This document shows positions 25,280 through 37,610 of a stretch of 64,000 bases of DNA, piece by piece. The notes under the pieces were generated by a model. It searched no databases and was not told the DNA's origin. It saw only the letters and a list, made by a program, of their open reading frames with translations. Source of the stretch: Octopus vulgaris (lineage: Eukaryota); assembly GCA_951406725.2 (NCBI GenBank), contig OX597814.1, forward strand, positions 56,544,001-56,608,000. The letters are read 5' to 3'. A program made the translations under genes and the position numbers. How positions within the stretch are numbered: the stretch's first letter is position 1; every line of letters begins with the position of its first letter.

Positions 25280-25729
25280 CATAGATGTGAAAATCAAAAA
25301 TCAAATCAAATCAAAATAGATGAACATCAATGGAATTTGTATCTTTGTGGTACCAGTGCCGGTGGCACACAAGAAAATCATCCGAACATGGCCGTAGCCA
25401 GTACCGCATAGACTGGCCTCCGTAACAAACACCATCCGATCGTGGCCGTCCGCCAGCCTCGTCTGGCACCTGTGTCGGTGGCACATAAAAACACCATCCG
25501 AGCGTGGCCGTTCGCCAGCCTCGTCTGGCACCTGTGTCGGTGGCACATAAAATCACCCACTACACTCTCGGAGTGGTTGGCGTTAGGAAGGGCATCCAGC
25601 TGTAGAAACACTGCCAGATCTGACTGGCCTGGTGCAGCCTTCGGGCTCCCCAGACCCCAGTTGAACCGTCCAACCCATGCTAGCATGGAAAACGGACGCT
25701 AAATGATGATGATGATGATGATGATGATG
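25280..25729 (+). mobile_element. RTE-related 3' UTR fragment with (GAT)n tail
   Basis: ggagtggttggcgttaggaagggcatccagctgtagaaac...catgctagcatggaaaacggacgctaaatgatgatgat. The same tail recurs at more than 10 other positions. Confidence 0.85.
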
Positions 25730-25788
25730 TATTATATTATATATATATACATATATATATACATATATATATATATACATATATGTAT

Positions 25789-25836
<48 letters not shown>

Positions 25837-25841
<5 letters not shown>

Positions 25842-26030
25842 ATCCAAACATGAAAACACAACAACGCAAGGACGTGGAACAAATGTAGTATTATTGGACG
25901 CTCAGGAAGGAAGGAAAGAAGGAGGGTTTAACGTTTCGAGCGGAGCTCTTCGTCAGAACATAGGAAAAGGAAAGATCCAAAGAAGGGAAGACGGAGGAAA
26001 AAAATCGCCAATGGTACACACGCGGTCACA
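25837..26030 (-). mobile_element. Second copy of the hammerhead-bearing element in (TA)n
   Basis: About 90% identical to 6345-6550. Minus strand 25928-25958 reads CTGACGA-A-GAGC-tcc-GCTC-GAAAC-GTTA. Confidence 0.65.
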
Positions 26031-28988
26031 CACATACATATATATATATGCACACACACACACATACACACATATGGTTTAGTTGATTGCGCGTGTGTGT
26101 GTGAGTGAGTGAATAATACATCAATTAATTTCATGTTCGTGTGCAAGTTTCTACTCTGTCATAACTGATTTTTAGCACTGTCACAAGGCCACATATGTGT
26201 AGGAGGGTGAGGGGATAAAAGTTGATTAAATCAAACTCTATTGATGATTAGTTTCTTTATTTTATCAACTCCAGCAAGATAAAAAGAAAATTTGACCTTG
26301 ATATGACTTGAGCTCAGAATATAATGTATAAATACTGTAAAAGTATATTATTTATTTCATTTTTGTATTTGGTTTACAAGATTCTTGATGTGAATATGCA
26401 CGTTGAAATGTATATTGCTGTATCTTAGGCGGGTCATTTTGCCAATATTAAACACACATTGGTTCTGTTTCACTTCTTAGCAGGCTAGAGAAAACGTTTA
26501 GCAGTATTTCATCTGCCGCTACTTTCTGAGTTCAGATTCCACTGAGGTCAACTTTGCCTTTCATCCTTTCAAGGTCAATAAATTACGTACCAGTCAAGTA
26601 CTGGGGTCAATGTAATTGACTATCCCCCTCCCCACAAATTCCTGGCCTTGTGTCTATAGTAGAAAGGATTATTATAAGTCACAATTCTTTTATTCTTCTA
26701 CTTATTTTAGTCATTAGAATGTGGCCATGCTGGAGCACAGCCTTGAAGAATTTTAGTTGATTGAATCGACCCCAGTACTTTTTTTTAAAACCTGATACTT
26801 ATTCTATCAGTCTCTTTTGCTGAACTGCTATGTTACAGGGACATAAACACTCCAACACCAGTTGTTAAGTAATGGTGGGGACAAGCACACACACACACAC
26901 ACATATATGACAGGCTTCTTTCAGTTTCTGTCAAATACATCCGCTCACAAGTCTTTGGTCAGCCAAGGTGCAATGCAATGGGACTGAACCTGGAACCATG
27001 TTGTTGGGAAGCTAGTTTCTTATTTCTTTATTGCCCACAAGGGAATAAACAAGGACAGACAAAGGGACTAAGTCGATTACCTCGACCCCAGTGTGTAACT
27101 GGTACTTTATTTATCAACTCTGAAAGGATGAAAGGCAAAGTCAACCTCGGCAGAATTTGAACTCAGAATGTAACGGCAGATGAAATGCTGCTAAGCATTT
27201 CGCCCGGCGTGCTAACGATTCTGCCAGCTCACTGCCTAAGAAGCTAGTTTCTTACCACACAGTCACTATTAATAATGGTTTCAAACTTTTTCACAAGGCT
27301 AGCAATTTTAAATGAGTAGCAAAGTTGACTACATTGACCATGTTCAACAGATACTTATTTCATCAGCCTCAAAAGGATGAAAGGCAAAGTTGATCTTGAT
27401 GGAACTTGAACTCAGAACACAAGGATGGATGAAATATCACTAAGCATTTTGCCCAGCATGCTAACAATTCCACTGGCTTACCACCTGATACTTATTTCAT
27501 CCTGAAAGGATGAAAGGCAAAGTCAACCATGGCAGAATTTGAATTCAGAACACGAAGACTGATGAAATGCCGCCAAACATTTCACCTGGTGTGCTGATGA
27601 TTCTGCCAGCTTGGCACCTTTAGTAGACTATTAATAATAAAACAAGTGAAATAGAACCAGTGAGTGTATGTGTTTGTGTGTGTGTGAGAGAGTGAATGTG
27701 TATGTGCGTGAGTTTGTGTGTGTGTGTGTGTGCATGTGTATGAGAGTGTCTGAGTATGTATGCATGTGTGTGTGCATGTCTGTGTCTCTTTCTCTTGACA
27801 TTGCATGATAGTTGTACATGATTGTTACTGTCATACAAGCTGTATTATTCATTTCCAATATTCTGTGAGAACATATCTGGCTATGGGGGAAATATCACCT
27901 TGCCTGGAAACAGGTGAGGATTGTCGAGAGGAAGGGCATTTGGTTATAGAAAACCTGTCTCGAATGAATATATTCCATCCAACTCATGCCTGCATGGAAA
28001 GGTGCACACTGAATGATGATGATGATGATGATGATAGCGAAGGTGAAACCACAAAATATTTTGCGATGTATAATTACAACAAAGCATTTTGTCTGCTGCT
28101 TGTAATAAATCTTCCCCTTCACTATTTTACATGATTTGATTTAATAATACTTTATGCTATAGGCAACACTAACCAAAACCTCTACTACACTCACTAAAAC
28201 AACAACCACTACCACTACCACCACCACCAGCAGCAGCAACAGAACCAGTGCATGCTTCTCTGTAACTAATACCACTAACACTATGAATTGACAATAGGAT
28301 AAAATCGTGGGTTCTGATTTATTTTTATCCTAGAAAGGAAATCTTCAGTAATTTATGTGATTGTTAAGCAATCAGACAGAACTAACATTGCAGATGAACA
28401 GTTAAGTTTGTAACAAAAGATTTATTATCATTAAAATGAAACAATGATTGATTATTAACTGTAGATGAAACAATAAATAATTCTGTTTATCTGTCTTGAC
28501 CTAGAGAAGACCTTTACTTTGCATTTACTTTCAAGAAATCAAAATGTGAATGAAAGGATTGTGAAAGCTGTTCTGTAACATAGATAAGGCCAAGATGGAT
28601 TTGTGCAGTGAGGAGTTGACCTTACATAAATCATCTCTCTATAATCCTTTCTACCATAGACACAAGGCTGGCAATTTTAGGAGAGGGGGACATGTTGATT
28701 ACATTGACCCCACTCCCAACACACACACTCAGTACTCACCTGATACTTATTTCATTGGGCTCAAAAGGATGAAAGGTAAAGTTAACCCTGGTAGAATTTG
28801 AACTCAGAACTTAAAGGTACAAAAAATGCCACTAAACATTTTGTTTGACTTGCTAATAATTCTGCCATCTTGTCATCTTCATCATCTCTATATCATAATA
28901 GATTCAGTTTCCCACAAGGCCAACAGTTCTCAGGGTAGAGGTAAGTCGATTACACTGACTCCAGTGCTCAACTGGTACTTATTTCAGT

Positions 28989-29860
28989 TCTATATTTAAG
29001 AGATGAGGAATCATGTACATTATTTATATTTGATGGATATTTTGTCATCTTGTTTGTTGTTAACATGTTTCGGCTGATATACCCTCTAGCCTCCATCATG
29101 TGTCTTGGGGAAATTTCGAACCTGGGTTCTCATTCCTAAGGTATTTTTCGATGTTATTATTATTAGTAGTATTTTATGTTTAACTTTTGCTTTACATTTG
29201 TACAAGTTGGCTCCAAGTCTCACCCAGAGACCTCAAGAGACAAGTTGGAAGTTCATGTTGGTGTTATGCCTAGGGTGCCATATTTTTGGTTTTGTACATA
29301 GTGTTGTTCTTGAGAATGTTTAAGAAACCATAAGAAAATTGTGTTTGTTTTAAAACTTGAGATTACATAGAAAGTATTTTGAGTAGGATATGGGCAGTTC
29401 CCATGAACACTATCTTTTGAATTTCTGCCATTTTGGGGTTTCCTGGTATCTGAGCTAGGTAGCAATCAGCCCCTTTTGCTATCATTCCCAGGTATTGTTT
29501 TAGTCTTCAGGTTCCACATTTAGCTAATTTCTATTTCAAGATCTTTATAGTTGCTTAGTTTTTGGTAGGTCTTGACAGATACGTTTATATCGATTGGGAC
29601 AGTCATATTAATGAGGAGGTATGATTTTTGTCTGAAGTCTTTCAATATGATGTCTGGCCTATTTGTATCTATCTTTCTGTCTGTTTGAATGGTGAAGTTT
29701 CACAGGAAGATACTCTGTAGGCGAAAGAAGACTGCACTTGGAGACAACATGATCAATGGTTTCATTATTATTATTATTATTCAGGTCACTGCTTGGAATG
29801 GAACTTGGAATCTTGGTGTTAGTAGACCGCATTCTTTACCACTATGCCATATGCCCATGT
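28989..29860 (-). mobile_element. tRNA-headed, (TAA)n-containing element with Penelope/hammerhead-like tail, copy A (split by the Dong-like LINE)
   Basis: Pieces 29764-29860 and 28989-29165 join to match copy B (29908-30100). Confidence 0.65.
29166..29763 (-). mobile_element. R4/Dong-like RLE LINE 3' fragment inserted in (TAA)n
   Basis: ETIDHVVSKCSLLSPTEYL (zinc knuckle), FTIQTDRKIDTNRPDIILKD...LINMTVP.D..VSVK..QKLSNYKDLEIEI..MWNLKTKTIP, IQKIVFMGTAHIL.KILSM*. TAA repeats flank both junctions. Confidence 0.85.
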
Positions 29861-29907
29861 GTGTGTGTGTGTGGAGGGGTCAATGTAATCAACATGTCCC
29901 CCTCTCC

Positions 29908-30100
29908 ACGGGCATATGGCATAGTGGTGAAGATCGTTGGCAACCATCCCCACAATTCCAAGCTCGATCCCAAGCAGTGACCTGAATAATAATAATAATA
30001 ATAACATCGAAAAATACCTTAGGAATGATAACCCAGGTTCGAAATTTCCCCAGGACACCTGATGAAACAAGATGAGGACAAATGCCCATCAAGTGTAAAA
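29908..30100 (+). mobile_element. tRNA-headed element, copy B, head-to-head with copy A
   Basis: A-box TGGCATAGTGG (29917-29927), B-box-like agctcgatccc, (TAA)n, then CTGATGA at 30059. Confidence 0.65.
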
Positions 30101-31639
30101 TAAGTTATTTTATTGACTCCAAAAGGATGAAAGGCTAAATTGACCATGGTGGAGTTTGAACTCAGAATGTAGAGATGGAAAAATGCTACTAAGCATTCTG
30201 CCCAATATGCTAACAATTCTGCCAGCTCACCATCTTATTTCATCTCTAAATAATAATAACTGTCATAAATGCTGGTTTGTTGAATTCATCAGTCACACTG
30301 TACATCACACATACATATATTAGAGAGTGAGAGGGGGTGGTGGAGAAAGGAGGAGAGAGAGAGAGTAAAAGGGGGATATATATATATAGAGTTGGCATAA
30401 GGGATGCAGGATGAGTACTTATAGTAGGCTTGGTGGTAGACAATGAGTAAATGAGTGCTATATGCACACCCAGTAAGAAAGAACCATAGCAACAGAGTAG
30501 GGAGTAAATGACACTAGTTATGGGAAGAGTTATACAAGTGAAATTTGTTTTATTAAATTTTATTTTAAGACAATAAATATTTTATTCCTGAAAATTAGTG
30601 TTTATTTCATCATTTTGTATAAGTACCAAGAAATTTGTCAAACTTTCTGTTATCATCCATGGTGGCAAAAGTATACTTCTAAAGTTACCCATCGTATGAT
30701 GAATAATATTCTAATAATTATATAATAAATCTGAAGATTCTGTCTCTTTCTTTCTCTGTGTTGGTAAGTATTAGTTAAAGTTATGCAGCTAACCTTCTCT
30801 TTGTCCTGGTCCCTGAGACAATCACACATGTCTTTAACCTTTTAACTACAAAATTAAATATTATAGCTATTCCAGTAATGATGCTAAGTTTCTACATAGA
30901 ATAAAATTAGCATTTTCTCCAAGTTATGTTGTGGCAATAAACTTGACGTATCTCACCAAAAAAATACTTTCAGACATGACATTCTACAGTAGAAGATAGA
31001 GTGGTAACTAAAATTGCTTTTTGCAGTTAAAGGTAATGAAATTTTGAGTGGATATATCTGATTTCTGCAGTAAAATTTTAAAGAAGTTTATAGATGGTCA
31101 TGGTCTTGCATGGTGAAACCATCTAATGACAACTCCATTCAGAAAGCTGGAATAGATGTCATTTGAAGAAAGAACACAGTACAATGAATTCATAGAACCA
31201 AGCTGTAGCTTTTAAATGCTTTTATTCCAGGTCAAAAATATATACAAGTTGAATAATCATGGAAGGTGTTTACAAATGAAGGCCATGTTCAGCTTCTGTG
31301 TATTCTATGTCATAGCTGCTCAATGTCTCTCAGCTGTTGTGTGCGTTATGCAAGAATTAACAAGGTCGTGTCCTCACACACCGCTGTCATGATGACAAAT
31401 TGAAATATTGTATCAAGAAGTTGTAGCGATGATGTGGAGCTGGAGTTCCAGTACATGTCATATGAAGTTGTGGTTGTAATGCTGCTGCCTGGGTCACTTG
31501 TACTGGAGTCCTCGCAGGTTGTATATTTGTTGTTAACCATGGTAAAGTAATTCACGAACAATGCTGTGTTGAAACCTGTGCTAGTTGCTGTGTACATAGC
31601 GATGTTGTTGTTGATGATGGTGGCGATGAAGACGGAGGT

Positions 31640-32345
31640 TCTCTGAAGACAAAGAGCGCAGTCGAGAAAAGATAGGAGGTCCCTTAGTCATGATGAAATG
31701 TCTTGTGGAATGAGCTGGATTTGACAGATGAAATGACAAATTGGTCAACTCTGGAAATGAAGTGAGTAACTGGTGTTAAGAGTCATGCGAAGCAGCCACA
31801 AAGAAAGAAGAGCTCACAACAGGAACAGAAGAATCCTTTCCAGAGACAATGAGTGAGGTAGTATCATCAAGAAGCTGGCGTCCTCTAATGTCCACAAGGA
31901 GAGAATAGTGATGTAAGAAGTCAGCTCCAAGGATGGGGTAGGGCAGGTTCGCAATGACAAAGATCCACTTGAAATCCCTACAAAGTGACAAATCAAGGAT
32001 AAGAGAGATTTGTCCATAGGTTTTAATGGCAGTGATTCACCGTGTAAAGAGAGATGTTGGAAAGACCAGGATTAGTGGAAGTAAGCCTTCAAGGCCAGAC
32101 ACGCACACTGGCTCCCATGTCCATCATAAAAGACTTTGAAATAGCATCTCGGATAAAAAATGGTAAGGTGAATCAGTGGGGGAGACAACTGTCGTGCCCA
32201 GTGCCTCCCAGCCTAGTTTCCCTGAGAAGAGTAAGAGTAGGGCAGTGTACGCTTTTCAGCCTGGTCCTTGAATTTCCTATGATACCAGCAAATAGGAGCA
32301 GAAAGTGTGCATCCGCATGAGAAAGAGTGACATCTGATCCTCCCT
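31640..32345 (-). mobile_element. Gypsy LTR-retrotransposon gag-protease remnant
   Basis: ICWYHRKF.DQA.K.TLP.SY..GN (gag end), IKTYGQISLILDLSLCRDFKWIFVIANLPYPILGADFLHHYSLLVDI (aspartic protease) and HFIMTKGPPIFSR. Confidence 0.8.
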
Positions 32346-33995
32346 GTAGAATAATTCCATGAAGAACAGTCTTGGTCTTTCGTCATTGCCTCTGTGAGGC
32401 CCAATGTGTCACCGGCCCGGGTATCACAACTACAATATCCATTTGATTTTTATTTTAATGTACTTGACTCAATAGGTCTCCTCAAGCACAGCAGGCTGCC
32501 CAACAATCCAAGGTTAGCATAACAGGCTGTCCTGCGAGCCATGAACTCACTTCATTTGTCGGGTCTTCGCAGTCACACATATCTCCAGAGGTTTCAGTCT
32601 TTCGTCATAGCCTCTGTGAGGCCCAACATTCAAAGGTCATGCTTGACCACCTCATCCCATGTCTTCCTGGGCATACCTCTACCCCAGATTCCTTCAACAG
32701 TTTGGGAGTGGCACTTTTTCACACATCTCTCCATAATACATGACCATACCAACGCAAACGTCTCTCCTGCACGCCACATCCGATGCTTCTTATGTCCAAC
32801 ATTTCTCTCAGGGTGCTTACACTCTGTTGTGCATGCACATTGACATTACACATCCTGCTAGCTTAATTTCTTTCGAGACTATGCATGTCCTCCGCAGTCA
32901 TGGCCCATGTTTCACTGCTGTGAAGCATGGCAGTTCGCACACATGCATCGTACAGTCTATCTTTCACTCTGAGTGAGAGACCCTTTGTCGCCAGTAGGGG
33001 AAGAAGCTTTCTAAACTTTGCCCAGGCTATTCTTATTCTAGTGGTAACACTCTCTGAGCATCCACCCCAACTACTAACTTTGTCACCTAGGTAGTGGAAG
33101 CTATCAACTACTTCTAGTTTCTCTCCCTCGAGTGTGATGGAATCTGTTTTCTGAGCATCTGTGGTGTGTATTGCCCCTGTGTATCTGTCGCACACAAAAG
33201 TTATTTTCTAGGTTAATTTTCCTTTGATGATGCTGCACCTCATATGTGTCCATAGCTTACACTGGGTACATCTTATGGAGTTTCTGCCTACACCTTTTCT
33301 GCAGATCGAGCAGGGCCACCTACCTAAGGGGGTGTGTGATGAGTTTGTCTTCCTACTTACTTGAACTTTGGTCTTTGCTACATTGACTCTAAGGCCCTTT
33401 GATTCTAAACCTAGCTTCCACACACGAAATTTATTTTCTAGTTCTGGTAGTGATTCTACTATGAGGGCCAGGTCATCAGCATAGAGGAGCTCCCAGGGGC
33501 AGCCCGTCTTGAGTTCCTCTGTTACTGCCTGGAGGACTATGATGAATAAAATGGGACTGAGGGCTGAACCTTGGTGGACGCCTACTTTTACCCGAAATTC
33601 TTCGCTATACTCATTGCCAATCCTAACCTTACTAACGACCTCTCTGTAAAGGGCCTGTACAGCCCTTATTAACCATTTGTCAATCTCCAGTTTCCGCATC
33701 GCGCACCAGATAAGGGATCGGGGGACCCTGTCAAAGGCTTTCTCCAAGTCCACAAAAGCTAAGTATTGGGGTTTATCTTTAGCTAGGTATTTCTCCTGCA
33801 GTTGTCGAACCAGGAATATGGCATCAGTGGTGCTTCTACCTGGCACAAAACCGAACTGCATCTCGTCTAAGCAGACTCTCTCCCTGATGAGATTGGCTAT
33901 GACCTTCATCACCTGATCCAGCAGTTTGATACCCATGTAGTTATTTCTATCTAGAGCTTCACCTTTACCCTTGTAGCAATTGACTATGGTGCTGC
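32345..33995 (-). mobile_element. RTE-clade LINE, 5'-truncated, best-preserved RT in the window
   Basis: ORF 33208-33936: QFGFVPGRSTTDAIF, AFVDLEKAFDRVPR, GVHQGSALSP, LLYADDL, and a Cys-rich insert CSICRKGVG..SIRCTQC..W.H.RC. It continues with frameshifts into 32863-33195. Confidence 0.95.
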
Positions 33996-34287
33996 TATAG
34001 TCCTTTCAATTTACACTCAATACAAATTACAAAATATATATAAAATAATTGTGCATTTTTAAAGATTTTGAGTGAAATATCTTCAGGGCAAAAAGGACAT
34101 TCGGAACTTACTTGTGAATCAGTTCAGGTACTCCAGAATCTGTTGGAGTACCTGAACTGATTCACATGTAAATTCCAAATGTCCTTTTTGCCCTGAAGAT
34201 ATTTCACTCAAAATCTTTAAAAATGCACAATTATTTTATTATATATATTTTGTAATTTGTATTGAGTGTAAATTGAAAGGATTGTAG
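33995..34287. repeat. Near-perfect fold-back palindrome, ~140-bp arms, 8-nt loop
   Basis: ...gtgaatcagttcaggtactcca-gaatctgt-tggagtacctgaactgattcac... The arms pair out to tcctttcaatttacactcaatac / gtattgagtgtaaattgaaagga. Confidence 0.95.
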
Positions 34288-34366
34288 GGAATGTTAATTA
34301 ATTAAAAATTAATTTATATCCTTTATATCTCTTCATTTTCTTACTTAATGATAATTGATATAAATA

Positions 34367-35129
34367 TATAAAAAAATAAAAGGAAAAAATTCAGATTAGG
34401 TAAACCATTATCAACACATGTGCGAATTTGATCAGGATAAATTTCATCCAAAATTAAGACATATTAATATATCCAACATAGAAAAATATAGGAATATTAA
34501 AAAAAATATATGGATATATAAATATCTAAACATGAGTGTAGAAACATAGTGATAATGAAGCAAAAATTGAGAATGTTTTTAAAAGATTTGGAAAGATAGT
34601 GCAAAGTTAATAATAGGCATCGAATAAGGTTTCGGGTTACAATTCTAGATGATAATATTCCAACGGCCATTTCTTGGGTTCATTCTTCCGGGTAAAAAAT
34701 GAAATCTTGAAATCCATTTTTGGAGAATGCCTCCTTCATCAGAGAAAAAAATTATATTCATGGTAGATATGCACTCAGTGCATTGCCCTGATGGAGGCAT
34801 TCTCTAAAAATGGATTTCAAGATTCATTTTTTACTCGGAAAAGTAAACCCCAGAAACGGCCGGCGGAATATTATCATTTAGAATTGTAGTCGAAACCTTA
34901 TTAAATGCCTATTATTAACTTTTCACTATCTTTTCAAATCTTTTAAAACATCCTTATCTTTTACTTTCTTATTTATATATCCATAAATATTTTTAATATT
35001 CCAATATTTTTCTATGTTCAATATATTAATATATGTTTTAATTTTGGATGAATTTTATCTTGATCAAATCCACACATTTGTGTTGATAGTGGTTTACCTA
35101 ATCTGAATTTTTTCCTTTTATTTTTTATA
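34367..35129. repeat. Imperfect fold-back palindrome, ~350-bp arms, ~45-nt loop (inverted Penelope-LTR-like)
   Basis: aaaaggaaaaaattcagattaggtaaacca at the left end pairs with tggtttacctaatctgaattttttcctttt at the right end. Hammerhead-like cores lie next to the loop. Confidence 0.9.
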
Positions 35130-35444
35130 CCTGTCTAACATCTCAGGTTCAACTTGAGCACTTCTAAGCAACCTATATATTTCATTAGAAAAATATAACT
35201 ATATGTGTATATGTATGTATACACATTCATGCACATATTTCAGAGTTTTACTTTTTGGGGCAAGTGACTTGATCTGAGATTGTGCCTAGAAACGGAAACA
35301 ACTATATTCTAGAGAAGTCATCTTAGTCATTTAAGATCATTGAACAACTGTTAAAAATATTTTTCATTTGTTTTTTAATACAACAAAAATTTCATTACAC
35401 TTCTGTGTCCTTGTTTACTAACACAATTCTACTGCTAATCAATG

Positions 35445-35545
35445 AAGTACCTCTTTTCTAGATGCATTCCAGGATGTTTCTGTGTACAATAGCAACACCA
35501 TTCCAAGTGTCAGAGCAATCCTCTATTGTGGGCCTCACCTGTGTA
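35445..35545 (-). mobile_element. CR1/L2/Jockey-group LINE remnant
   Basis: VRPTIEDCSDTWNGVAIVHRNILECI*KR resembles VRPxLEYCS.VW...LExVQRR. A similar remnant lies at about 43240-43650 (-). Confidence 0.5.
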
Positions 35546-37199
35546 TATCAAAAATTATTGATACACACTCACCTGAGTGTATCAATAATTTTTGGGGGTG
35601 AAATGAATATCCTTTAATGCAAGAGAGTTGATGGTATGTGGGCCTAGCTACGTCAAGGATGTACTTTCGCTAGGAAATACTTTTATGATAGTGAGATCCA
35701 ATATCTGAATCTATTGTGAAAGCTCTAGTTGAGTATTAAATGTTATTAAATGGATAAATATGGAATTATTCTGTGCCTGTGTGAGTTTTGCTTTGAATTC
35801 ATAAAGTTGGATAAATTATATTAAATGGTTGAATGGGCTAAAATTCCAGCACTTAATTCGTTTTAAAACTCCCCTCAAACATTTTATAATTCATTTTCGT
35901 TTTTGATACGTCTTCGTATTTATGTTTGGAACGTAAGAAATTTTCAATCTGCAATCTACAATTAACAAAAAATAATAAAAATTAGAAACAGATTAATGTT
36001 AGAAGATTTGTACAATTTCATTTACATTTTGTTAACATCTGAAAGCATTTGTTATTTCACTTTCAGAAATTGTAAAATATTTGTTTTAAAGATTTCGACT
36101 CTTATAAAAAAAAAGAAAAAAGTCAATTTTTAAAATAGTGTGTAATGAAAGAACCAGAATGGAATTTAAAAATTCCACTGTAATACGAAATAAGTGCCAA
36201 CCTTTGATATAATTAAAATATCAGGTAATAGACGATGTGCTTTAATAATGGTTGTAAATAATTAGTAGGGCTCCGAATGAAGACCAAATGATACCATAAT
36301 CCCTATCCACAGGTGAATGGCAGGAGAAAAAAATTACAGTTCTAGCTAAGTAAAAGAAAAGTGATTAGAAAAAATATCACATTTAATATGAATTTAACTA
36401 ATAGTTAAAGTAGAAATAACATTCTCAGTCATTAACAGTAACAGCACCATAAATACATGTATGTGAAAAAAAATCATGTTACGTAAAGCATTGGAAAAAA
36501 AAATAGATAAAAGTTAAATCAGTTATCTATTGAAATATTCTTTCGATTTTCTCACCTTCACTGGCTACAGATTTGCTCTATAATCGTGTTCCAATATCTA
36601 ATTGACAAGCCATTAAAACATTAAACGTGGAAATAATATATCTAATATTCAGGGTTTTTCTTCTAGGCCAGACCTAACGACTACGTTAATAAGTTGTTTT
36701 TATTGTTTTATTTCTTTCTCTTTAAACAGTAAGCAATACATATAAATTACTTCCAAAAATAAAACAAAACAATAAAAACACAAACTTTCAACATTCTTTT
36801 ACTGGGGCCCTGGCGCACTATAGTAAATGCAGCACTGGTAAAAAATAATAATAACTCGGTGGTGCCCCTTCCCTCAGTGGCTTAAGCACGTGCTTATTTT
36901 ATTTAATGGTTAATCTCGGTATGTGTATTAGTGTGAAATATCATACGACACTGGTTTTACTGTTCTCTAACACAGAAGTATGTGTATTCAAATGTCGATA
37001 GTCGCTCCCACACTTCTTTCCTCCATCGCTCCACCCTCATTATTTAGTATAGAGATAAAGAGCTAGGTTATCTTAATTTTGTGTCATCGCTGTATTAAGC
37101 AATTTTACAAGTTCACTTTAAAATTCATTTATATTATTCTCAATCATTAACAATTAATTAATAGATACTGAATTTAAATCATCTTTATAAAGCATTTTC

Positions 37200-37610
37200 T
37201 TATGTATCGATTGAAAGTATTCCTATCTTTTTTTGTCTACCTCAAGCCGGTACCAAATGTTTAAGCTCATTACCGGTAAGTTTCAGGATAAACGAGTACC
37301 GACAATCTGTGGGCATTTGTAAATAAGCGACTTTACTCGCTCTACACCGCTGAGACTTACACAGAAAGCAAGTCCCCTGCAACGGGGAAGCGCTCTCTTT
37401 TTGCGACGTCTCTACATTATATTGTGTTTCAATCAAACACCACAAGCAGTTATATTTTTTAACCTGACGGCTTGACAGTAGTTGTTTGCTGCAACACTTT
37501 GTGTGAAACGAAATTATCTTATTCAATAAGTCTCAAAGGTATAGCTGTTTATAGATTGATAGTTGGAAAGCAGCGTGAGTGTGTGTGACCTTGACACACA
37601 CTCACAAAAT
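37200..37610 (+). promoter_or_regulatory. Putative promoter/5' UTR of the kinase gene (CpG-retaining, repeat-free)
   Basis: Unique sequence with frequent CpG immediately upstream of the ATG. The TSS cannot be determined from sequence. Confidence 0.55.

Noticed and set aside
29910-29985. tRNA gene
   Set aside because: It is a degenerate tRNA-like head joined to a repeat body with no convincing cloverleaf, so it is treated as a SINE head, as are the other heads in the window.
35450-35539. AG/GT-bounded minus-strand host exon
   Set aside because: It has an in-frame stop, and the translation matches a LINE RT tail.
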